Shown here: positions 20,062-27,997 of the stretch, one piece after another
How positions within the stretch are numbered: the first letter of the stretch is position 1
Layout of the letters: each line of letters begins with the position of its first letter
From: Trichodesmium erythraeum IMS101
GTDB taxonomy: Bacteria; Cyanobacteriota; Cyanobacteriia; Cyanobacteriales; Microcoleaceae
NCBI RefSeq assembly: GCF_000014265.1
Contig: NC_008312.1
Coordinates: forward strand, 7,110,001-7,142,000
Direction: 5' to 3'
DNA length: 32,000 nucleotides
Position numbers and translations under genes: made by a program
Notes under the pieces: generated by a model
The model's input: only the letters and a program-made list of their open reading frames with translations
What the model was told of the DNA's origin: nothing
The model's database searches: none

Positions 20062-20967
20062 CTAAAGAATTGGAATTGTCATACCCTCTTTTGCTACTAA
20101 CCCATTAGAGAATATTGACTGGAGAGCCACTTGAACTTCATCCAATAAATCATCATTATGACCAGGATCGTGCTGAAACATAGCTATTTGTTTCACTCCT
20201 GCCTTTCTTGCTATTTCTACCCCTACTTCCCAAGTAGAATGTCCCAAGCCAATTTTTGGAGATTTAACATCATAATACTCTTCATTTGTGTAGGTAGCAT
20301 CATAAATTAGTAAATCAGCATTACGAGATAAATGAAGTATATTTTCATCAAAGTAACCTTCATAATGTTCTGTATCTGGACAATAAACTACAGTTTTACC
20401 CTGCCAACACACTCTATATCCAATAGCAAAATTTGGGTGATTTAAAGAAATTGTTTCAATTTCAATATCATCAACCTGAATTACATCTCCATTATTAAAA
20501 TCATAAAACTTCATCTGCGAACCCATTATTTGTAAAGGAATAGGAAAGTTAGGATGTACCATTTGATCCGATAAAGATTCCTTAATTGTTGTACCATCAG
20601 GTGCTATGGCCCCATATATGTGAAATTTATTAATAGGTAAAAAGGCCGGAACAAAAAATGGGAAACCTTGAATATGGTCCCAGTGGGTATGACTAAAAAA
20701 TATATGAGCTTCGACTGGCATTTCCTTAAGTAGTTCTAAACCCAGCACTCTTAGGCCAGTACCTCCATCAAAAATTAAACGTTTTTCCCCTACACGCATT
20801 TCTACACAGGAGGTATTACCACCATAGCGAACTGTGCTGCTACCGGGGGTAGGTATACTACCTCGCACACCCCAGAATTCAACAACAAAGTCAGTTGACA
20901 AGCTGTCTGAGGGAGTAGCTGTTTCCTCAGACTGTGATATTGGGGATGAGGACTCTGAAGATAGCAT
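20062..20967 (-). CDS. MBL-fold metallo-hydrolase
   Basis: The HTHWDHIQGFPFF (HxHxDH) motif, a later HPNFAIGYR, and an LIYDATY...GHS pattern. Confidence 0.85.
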   Translation of the reverse strand: MLSSESSSPISQSEETATPSDSLSTDFVVEFWGVRGSIPTPGSSTVRYGGNTSCVEMRVGEKRLIFDGGTGLRVLGLELLKEMPVEAHIFFSHTHWDHIQGFPFFVPAFLPINKFHIYGAIAPDGTTIKESLSDQMVHPNFPIPLQIMGSQMKFYDFNNGDVIQVDDIEIETISLNHPNFAIGYRVCWQGKTVVYCPDTEHYEGYFDENILHLSRNADLLIYDATYTNEEYYDVKSPKIGLGHSTWEVGVEIARKAGVKQIAMFQHDPGHNDDLLDEVQVALQSIFSNGLVAKEGMTIPIL

Positions 20968-22162
20968 ATTTCTATGTTTTAGAATTTCGCTTAGTACGAA
21001 ATCTGTGGAAAATTTCTTAATTTTAAATTTAGCTTATTCTAGCAAAATGGGTTATTACTTATTAGCTAGTATATCTTGACATAATCTAATATAATTTAGT
21101 ACATAAAGCTCTACATTAATCACAAAATTTTTATTACCGATGTAAAGATACCTGAGATTTGTGTATCTATAACTACTAAAATTCAATAATATTAATGCAT
21201 AGCAAAGCTGCTAAATTATCAGGAATAGTGACTAATTTTAGAGTTTAGATCCCAACAATGAAATTATTTTAACGTTCACACTTAAGAATTAGTATGAAAA
21301 AAAATTAAGTCAAAAGTCCCTTACTAAAAAAATATTCCTACTGTAATTGATGTAAATCTGTAGGTAAAAGTTTTTATTGACAATAAACTTTGATCAAAAT
21401 TATTACTTTGGAGTAAAAATAATTTCTATGAAAGCTGAGGAACTGTTAATCAAAATACAAAAATTAGACTGAGTTCAACTTCAAGAAAAAGTATTAAAAT
21501 GGCTTTCGGTTCATGTCCTTCCCTCTAAGATTAGACATATTCTCATGTTAGAAAAAATGGCAGAGGAACTAGCTGGCTATTATGGTCTAAACCAAGAAAG
21601 GGATAAACCTGCAAGGCATGAAATTTGACCAAGCTAAATACTTAAGGAGGACCATAAGTCTATTACAAATCTCAAAGGGAATAAGGTTGAAAAATAGACT
21701 CAATACTTGCTTCATATATATGTTTATTATAATTTTGCCTAAAAAAGAATTTGGTATGGCAAAAATATCGACATTTTAGCTGTAATTTTTAACCATACAT
21801 TAGGAACTCCGGCTATAAATCAGTAGCCTTGGCTAATTTTCCTAACAGATACGAATCGAACCTGGTAGAGTTAAGATCCCTCAGCTAGGTTATCTGAGAC
21901 AACTAGCTCAAAAAAACCTTTGCCAAGCAGTTTGGTTAACCAGGGATTATACTATAAAAAACCTGCTTGACTTACATAGCTTGATTCACCCACGAATTCT
22001 ATTAATGAGAAATTAGTTGATGGAAAAGGCCAAAAACAACTGGATCAGCAGAGGATGAAGCAGTCAAAAAATTAACAATATATGATCAATATAGAAATAT
22101 AGAGGCCAAAGATTAGCCAATATAAATTAGTAATTCAATTAATTAAGGAAATAGATAATTTG

Positions 22163-22582
22163 ATGTCAAATTACCCTTATATTCAATCCTTATCAACCGA
22201 AACAAGTGGGATAAATTTGGAAGCGGATAAAACTTTAGAATTGACATCCACAATTGTTAATGCAGCATTGGACCGCAAAGGAGATAACATTGTTGTTATT
22301 AGAGTATCAGAAGTATCTTATTTGGCAGACTACTTTGTAATTATTACAGGTTATTCTAATGTCCAAGTAAGAGCTATATCTCAGGCGATCGCCGAAAAGG
22401 TAGAACTTGAAAGGCAAGTAAATCCATTAGGAGTAGAAGGCCACAGCGAAAGTTCTTGGATATTAATGGATTATGCTGATGTTATAGTTCATATATTGAA
22501 GCCCGAAGAAAGAGACTTCTATAACTTGGAAGCATTCTGGGGTCATGCAGAAAGAATAGATATTTCATCTTTGATCAATTAG
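22163..22582 (+). CDS. rsfS: Ribosomal silencing factor RsfS (iojap-like)
   Basis: AALDRKGDNIVVIRVSEVSYLADYFVIITGYSNVQVRAISQAI and WILMDYADVIVHILKPEERDFYNLEAFWGHA. ATG at 22163 is preferred to TTG at 22160. Confidence 0.9.
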   Translation: MSNYPYIQSLSTETSGINLEADKTLELTSTIVNAALDRKGDNIVVIRVSEVSYLADYFVIITGYSNVQVRAISQAIAEKVELERQVNPLGVEGHSESSWILMDYADVIVHILKPEERDFYNLEAFWGHAERIDISSLIN

Positions 22583-22647
22583 ATTTAAACTGTCCATAAC
22601 AATAACTTTTTTGCGGGTATAAAAATAGGTGAGGAAAAAATTTATCT

Positions 22648-23148
22648 ATGATTAGACAAATAACATCTAGTTCTCCCGTTCCACCAGAACAACAACCAGT
22701 AAATGAATATGAAGAACTCAAAAATTCTTGGTTATTTTGCTGGGTGACATTAGAAAGATTTGATTATTTAAGGAAGCTAGTCTGGGTTTGGGTTTGGAGT
22801 TGGTTAGTATCAGGACCTGTAGCCGCGGCCAGTTTTCCACCAGAAAAATCTCTAGTGCAATTTTTACTGAGTGGTTCTGCTGGAGCAAGTTTGATTCTAA
22901 TTTTGGTATTGTTGCGACTTTATTTGGGTTGGAATTATGTGCGAGCGCGTCTGGCGAATAAGACTGTTTTTTATGAGGAGTCTGGTTGGTATGATGGGCA
23001 AACATGGCTAAAAACACCAGAGGAAATTATAAAGGATAGACTAATACTTCAATATCAAGTTCAACCACTTATGCAAAGATTACGCAAAACTTTTTATAGT
23101 TTTACCTTAGTAATTTTTATAGGTGGAATTATTTGGTTATGTCTATGA
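22648..23148 (+). CDS. DUF1230/CGLD27-like membrane protein
   Basis: PVPPEQQPVNEYEELKNSWLFCW N-terminal motif, two predicted TM helices, and YEESGWYDGQTW. Family name is from memory. Confidence 0.65.
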   Translation: MIRQITSSSPVPPEQQPVNEYEELKNSWLFCWVTLERFDYLRKLVWVWVWSWLVSGPVAAASFPPEKSLVQFLLSGSAGASLILILVLLRLYLGWNYVRARLANKTVFYEESGWYDGQTWLKTPEEIIKDRLILQYQVQPLMQRLRKTFYSFTLVIFIGGIIWLCL

Positions 23149-23615
23149 AATCTGCTAAAGCAATTATTAAAAAGTCTGACTAAATTATCGTAGATAATCA
23201 AATTAGTAATTTTATTTTTTTACAACCTCAATTTTTGCTGAATAAACTCATACTAATAAGCAGATTAATTGAGAGCTTATTATAGTTAATACTATTGATA
23301 ATTATATAAATAATAGCTATAGTTTCATAGGTATAAATCTTAACTTGATAAATACTCTCCCAAAATATAATTAAAGCATTGGAACGGATATGATATTGAC
23401 AACACGTGAATAGTAAAACTATTGTATTGCCCGAATCTTACCTAACCTAATATGTACCTCACCAGTAGGGGTAAGTTCTGTAAATAATTGACTCGTTCAA
23501 ATACTCCACTTACCCAAAAAAATAAATAAAAATGACCAATAAATAAGGTCTCAAACTTTCTTTTTAATAAGGGAGAAAAAAGAAAAATTTTAATTTTCTG
23601 GCTGAGGGTGAAGAA

Positions 23616-23641
23616 ACTGATAACTGATAACTGATAACTGA
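23616..23641. repeat. Heptamer repeat ACTGATA x3.7 (STRR-like) abutting the start codon at 23643
   Basis: ACTGATAACTGATAACTGATAACTGA ends one nucleotide before the ATG at 23643. Confidence 0.9.
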
Positions 23642-23642
23642 A

Positions 23643-24593
23643 ATGACCAGGGGAAAAAGAACACAAACTAAACAACTGGAAGTCAGACTACTTAGAGAAG
23701 GTATTGTTGAATCAACTCACCAAGTTCAGGCAACAATATGTGACCATAGAGGCAGAATTTTATCTGTGGCGGGAGATGCTGATACAGCTACATTCGTCCG
23801 TTCAGCTCTCAAACCATTTCAAGCTTTAACAGTAACTACCACAGGTATTCTAGAACAGTATAATTTAACTGATATAGACTTAGCTGTTATATGTAGCTCT
23901 CATCAAGGTACAATCGAGCAAGCAAGACAGGTATTTCATGTGTTATGGCGCTGTGATATTGATTCATCAAGATTACAATGTCCAACTCCACTAGAAAAAA
24001 ATAGTCCTTTACAACATAATTGTTCTGGTAAGCACGCAGGTATGCTAGCTATTTGTCAACAAAGAAATTGGCCTATGGAATCTTACCTGGAAATGAAGCA
24101 TCCAGTACAACAATTAATTATTAGCAAAGTTGCTGAATTGCTGGCCATGCCCGCACCAGAATTTATCGGCGCTCGTGATGACTGTGGTGCTCCAACTTAT
24201 CTCCTACAATTAAGCCAAATGGCAACACTTTACGCCAAACTAGCTTCAGGTAATAGTTTGGATCTAGAAAGAATTGTCCGGGCCATGACCTATCATCCAG
24301 AAATGGTGGCGGGAAATGGGCATTTTGATACAGAGTTAATCCGCTTAACTTCAGGAGAACTTGTTAGTAAGTCTGGAGCTGAAGGAGTCCAATGTATTGG
24401 CCGGGTAGGTGAGGGTATGGGTTTAGCTATAAAAGTTAATGATGGTGCAAAAAGGGCAAAATATGCAGTAGCTATTCACTTATTAACTCAAATGGGTTGG
24501 ATATCTCCTAATATTGCTGAAACTCTGGCAGAAAACTATATGTTACTCAGTAATGTTAAGCGTTTAGAAGTAGTGGGAGAAATGTCGATTTAA
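23643..24593 (+). CDS. Asparaginase-II family protein (PF06089-like)
   Basis: The motif series RSALKPFQAL, CSSHQG, NCSGKHAGMLA, DCGAPTY, HPEMVAG, VSKSGAEGV, AIKVNDGAKRA. Confidence 0.8.
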   Translation: MTRGKRTQTKQLEVRLLREGIVESTHQVQATICDHRGRILSVAGDADTATFVRSALKPFQALTVTTTGILEQYNLTDIDLAVICSSHQGTIEQARQVFHVLWRCDIDSSRLQCPTPLEKNSPLQHNCSGKHAGMLAICQQRNWPMESYLEMKHPVQQLIISKVAELLAMPAPEFIGARDDCGAPTYLLQLSQMATLYAKLASGNSLDLERIVRAMTYHPEMVAGNGHFDTELIRLTSGELVSKSGAEGVQCIGRVGEGMGLAIKVNDGAKRAKYAVAIHLLTQMGWISPNIAETLAENYMLLSNVKRLEVVGEMSI

Positions 24594-24894
24594 AATTTCC
24601 TTAAGAAGATTCCCAATAGCCAGAAAGTTAGAACTCAGAAAAAAAAGAAGGATTTAAAACGCGGAAATTATTTAAGAGTTTACCAATTGACATCCTATAG
24701 TGCTTTTAGGTACAGGGTATTCTTGTAATCCCAAGCTCCCATTTCGTTTTACGTTTCATTGACTGCTACACGCACCCCAACCTACTCCTCAACTCACAAG
24801 AGTTGCGAGTTGAGGTGATAGAGGTGAGTTAGATTTGGCCTGGTGGGTCTGTTTTTTTTCTGGGACTGCCCTTGGGGTACTAATTAATTAATAT

Positions 24895-24961
24895 ATATCT
24901 CTAGAAAAGGTTCTCAAATCCTGACTCTACCATTCTAAAACTAGTCTTTTGGGAGAGGTCT
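24895..24961. repeat. About 70-bp inverted-repeat element, copy 1 (AAAAGGTTCTCAAA...CTTTTGGGAGAGGTCT)
   Basis: Aligns along its length with 27588-27657. Its ends are complementary (CTCTAGAAAAG / CTTTTGGGAGAG). Confidence 0.6.
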
Positions 24962-25165
24962 AATATACAAAACAGATATCTTTAAAAAAACAACTAAAAA
25001 GTCGTCTGATGGACAGGCAAAGCTTTAAGATCAAGTCAGGTTGAAGTGTCTTGTCCTTAAACAGCAAAACAATACTAGCAATAGTATTTCCTGGGGATAG
25101 GATGATGCTATATAGACCCAAGATGCAAGCTGGAAAAAAAAATTTGAAAATATTTGAGAATGGGG

Positions 25166-25195
25166 TTGCAATTTTTATTGAGTTATGATTATAAT
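25166..25195 (+). promoter_or_regulatory. Candidate promoter of the tRNA-fMet gene
   Basis: TTGCAA (25166-25171), an 18-nt spacer, then TATAAT (25190-25195). The mature tRNA 5' end lies at 25208. Confidence 0.5.
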
Positions 25196-25207
25196 AGATG
25201 AAGTTGA

Positions 25208-25593
25208 CGCGGGATAGAGCAGTCTGGTAGCTCGTCGGGCTCAAGTTATAGGGAAAGATAAATTAAACCAAGTGTAAATCGAAACCGCTATTGGTTTAGC
25301 TTGAATCTTTACCTTGTAAGGGGCGGCATATAAGGAAACTTATATGTGATTACTTGTCAAATTCGGGGAAGCCGTTAGCGGGGTAATCCCGAGCCAAGCT
25401 CCAAAGTTAAAAGGAGAAGGTGTAGAGACTGGTTGGCAGGTACTCTAACAGTTCTATTTTAGTTTTATAGAAGCTGAGGGTAAAGGGACAGTCCAGACCA
25501 CAAACTAATTCTAATATTTTTAGAGTTAAGGCAGTTAAAGCTGTAGTGGTAAGCATAACCCGAAGGTCGGTGGTTCAAATCCGCCTCCCGCCA
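25208..25593 (+). tRNA. Initiator tRNA-Met (CAU) interrupted in the anticodon loop by a group I intron
   Basis: Exon 1 is 25208-25241, CGCGGGATAGAGCAGTCTGGTAGCTCGTCGGGCT. Exon 2 is 25554-25593, CATAACCCGAAGGTCGGTGGTTCAAATCCGCCTCCCGCCA. Joined, they fold as a 74-nt cloverleaf with three G-C pairs closing the anticodon stem and an unpaired 1:72 (C/C); both are initiator hallmarks. CCA is not encoded. Confidence 0.93.
25242..25553 (+). ncRNA. Group I intron (IC3-like), 312 nt, no ORF
   Basis: The core GTCAAATTCGGGGAAGCC...CCCGAGCCAAGCTCC...GAAGGTGTAGAGACTGG...GAGGGTAAAGGGACAGTCCAGACC closely parallels the conserved core of the Azoarcus and Anabaena tRNA introns. The 5' exon ends in U and the intron ends in G. 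A shared CA dinucleotide leaves the boundaries ambiguous by 2 nt. Confidence 0.88.
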
Positions 25594-25612
25594 TTAAAAT
25601 TAAAAGTAAAAA

Positions 25613-25645
25613 AAAGCTAAGTAGTTAAATATTACTTAGCTTTTT
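25613..25645 (+). terminator. Rho-independent terminator after the tRNA
   Basis: AAAGCTAAGTA-gttaaatat-TACTTAGCTTT stem-loop; the right arm runs into the T-run TTTTT (25641-45). Confidence 0.7.
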
Positions 25646-25816
25646 ACTATATGGCTGTTTGTCCTTCTATTAAAACCCACATTCCGCACAACAGAATTGT
25701 ATTATGAGAGGTTACAAGATAATATCTATTTAATTTACGTATAATTACTTATGGTCTTTAGTCACTTCAAGTGAGATCATAAAACTTATGATTGCATCCT
25801 TATTGAGCATCAAAAA

Positions 25817-26145
25817 ATGTCTTTAATAGAAGAAATAACAGTTGAAAATCTTGACCCGACAAAGGAATAGTTGCAGGGTTAATTGATGAGATAGAAATAG
25901 TGGAACTAATTAATCAAAAATTAGGAGTAGATAATGGAGAAAAAATTGCTACTGGACAAGTAATAAAAGCTTTAATTTTGAATGGGTTAGGGATGGTCTC
26001 ACGTCCATTATATTTATTTAGTCAATTTTTTGAAGACAAAGCTATAGAAAAATTATTAGGCACAGGTATAAATAGTGAATACTTAAACGATGATAAAATA
26101 GGTAGAGTAATGGATGATATCTATCAATTAGGACTAACAAATTTA
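25817..26145 (+). pseudogene. IS1634/IS4-type transposase N-terminal fragment (DUF4277-like), frameshifted and truncated
   Basis: MSLIEEITVENLD, then a frame change, then GIVAGLIDEIEIVELINQKLGVDNGEKIATGQVIKALILNGLGMVSRPLYLFSQFFEDK...LNDDKIGRVMDDIYQLGLTNL. The reading ends where the IS1-like inverted repeat begins (26146). Confidence 0.65.
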
Positions 26146-27120
26146 GGTAGTCCTGTATATGTAGTGATAAAATTATGGTGAAGCGATCGCTTGATTATAA
26201 TGATGAATGAAATACCAAATAGCACCCAAATTGTTTTCTAATTTTTTAGAAAAAGATCAAGTTTTTCACAACTCAGGGATACATCCTTTGACCCAAAGTA
26301 TTATTTAACCTTTCCATAATAAGCAGTTAAGCCAGTTTCTAATAATCCGATAATTGCCTACAATGAGGAAAAATCACATCATAAGCTGACCAAAAATCTG
26401 TATAACAAATTGCACATTGCCTATATATTCCTGGCCATGAATTCCACAATTGGTTAGCGCCTTTTTCTCCTCTTTCTCCTAAAGAGAAAGCCACAATTTC
26501 TTTGGTTTCTATATCAATGGCTAGCCAGAACCATTGCTGATTATTTTTACTCCCAACAAATGACCACATTTAATCACACTCAATAGTCAGTTTTCCCGGT
26601 TTTTTTTAGTACATTTAATAAACTGTGAAACTTCTGCAAAGTTCCGATTAAACTAGTTTTGTAGCCATTTTTCAGATACACCTATTACACGAATCATCCC
26701 AGCTCAACTAATTTTTTCTAATAATAATTTATCAATCAATTCTTGGGGGGAATTGTTGATGTATACTTTAGAGTTATTGGGGACAAATTGTCTTTGACAG
26801 GTTTGACATTGATATTTCTGTTTTTTCTGATGAATTGTCTCATTTTTAACAATATGGCTACTACCACAACTTGGACATTACTTAATCATCATTTGCCTCC
26901 CGAACTATATGTTAATGTGCATATTTAGTAAGTGTATGTTAGCACAATTTGTGGTATGATATTTAGAAGAAATTTATTGATAACTTAGTACTTGGTTATA
27001 TTAAGGGCTCGCCTAGCAAATAAACTTTTAATTTTTAGTAGGCAAAAGCGCAATATTTCTGATATTAATATCTATTACTGACTGCTTATATGAACATATC
27101 ACTACATATATAGGACTACC
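26146..27120 (-). mobile_element. IS1-family insertion sequence, 975 bp, degenerate
   Basis: 23-bp terminal inverted repeats GGTAGTCCT(G/A)TATATGTAGTGAT at 26146-26168 and 27098-27120. Minus strand reads MMIK*CPSCGSSHIVKNE..QKYQCQTCQRQF (InsA zinc finger), ..LLLEKIS*AGMIRVIGVSEKWLQN*, ..LTIECD*MWSFVGSKNNQQWFWLAIDIETKEIV..YTDFWSAYDVIFP (InsB), then a frameshifted ..ERLNNTLGQR.. tail. At least 4 in-frame stops. Confidence 0.8.
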
Positions 27121-27495
27121 TATCGCAGAATTAATCGCCAACACAGAAGGGAAAACTAACTGTAAACATTGGTATACTGATGATTAGGGTGGGTACGAGG
27201 GAGTGCTCCATCCTGAAGTCAAGCACATCATTGGGGTAGACCAGACGCAGCATAAGGAGGGAACTAACGGGATTCTCAGACAGCAGATAGGTAGATGGCA
27301 TCGCCGACAGAATAAATTTGGTAAGGTCTGGGCACACCCGGTGAGATAACAGTGAAGTTAGCGATCGCCTATTTCAATTAGATTTGAGTTCATAGTCGCA
27401 AAGAAAATACTGCTGCACAAAGAGCTGAGTTGGCGATCGCTCCTTGGAGTTGGCACGACCATTATACTTATCCCACACTTTACTGATGCACTACC
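27121..27495 (+). pseudogene. Second IS1-family transposase C-terminal fragment with its own end repeat
   Basis: Reads HWYTDD*GGYEGVLHPEVKHIIGVDQTQHKEGTNGILRQQIGRWHRRQNKFGKV, paralogous to the InsB C-terminus. The reverse complement of the sequence ending at 27495 begins GGTAGTGCATCAGTAAAGTG, which is IS1-end-like. Confidence 0.55.
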
Positions 27496-27587
27496 GATAT
27501 TACTTACACCCTCTAATCATCTTTTGTGTAACAACGCTGATCAAATCTGCTAGCTTCTAAGTAAAATAATTTATAACACTAATCATG

Positions 27588-27657
27588 AGACTTCTCTTCC
27601 AAAAGGTTCTCAAACCTTTATGCTCCATTTCAAAAACTGGTGTTTTTGGAGAGGTCT
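27588..27657. repeat. About 70-bp inverted-repeat element, copy 2
   Basis: AGACTTCTCTTCCAAAAGGTTCTCAAACC...CAAAAACTGGTGTTTTTGGAGAGGTCT. The ends are complementary. Homologous to 24895-24961. Confidence 0.6.
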
Positions 27658-27997
27658 ATAGATAAAAATGAAGCTTTGTAGGAGTTTGTCAAGCAAACTC
27701 CCACCATATTTAATTAATTATCAGGAAATACCCAGGTAGGGGCAAAAAAATTGGGGTCTGGAAACCAAACCCGCTTTTCAAATTGATGAACTACATCACT
27801 ATAACCAAAGCCTTGTAGGAACGTTGCATTCAACGTCCCTACTGTGCTCTGCCGACATGAAAACTGCTGTCAGTAGCGATCGCCCAACTCAAGTTATTCC
27901 CAGTCATCTTGAAGAAGACTTCTGCTGTGAGCCGAGAAATTTATTTATGGAGGGAAACACAGTACGCTATATATAGCGTAACTGCGTAAGTCCTGGA

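Noticed and set aside
21840-21870. CGAATCGAACC motif suggesting a minus-strand tRNA T-arm
   Set aside because: Flanking bases do not form a T-stem, and no acceptor, D or anticodon arms can be drawn. At most it is a decayed fragment.
23442-23675. 77-aa minus-strand ORF upstream of the asparaginase-family gene
   Set aside because: It is low-complexity and AT-rich, spans the heptamer repeat, and overlaps the plus-strand start codon. No motif support.
24960-25244. 94-aa minus-strand ORF
   Set aside because: It overlaps the tRNA-fMet promoter and 5' exon and is AT-rich low-complexity.
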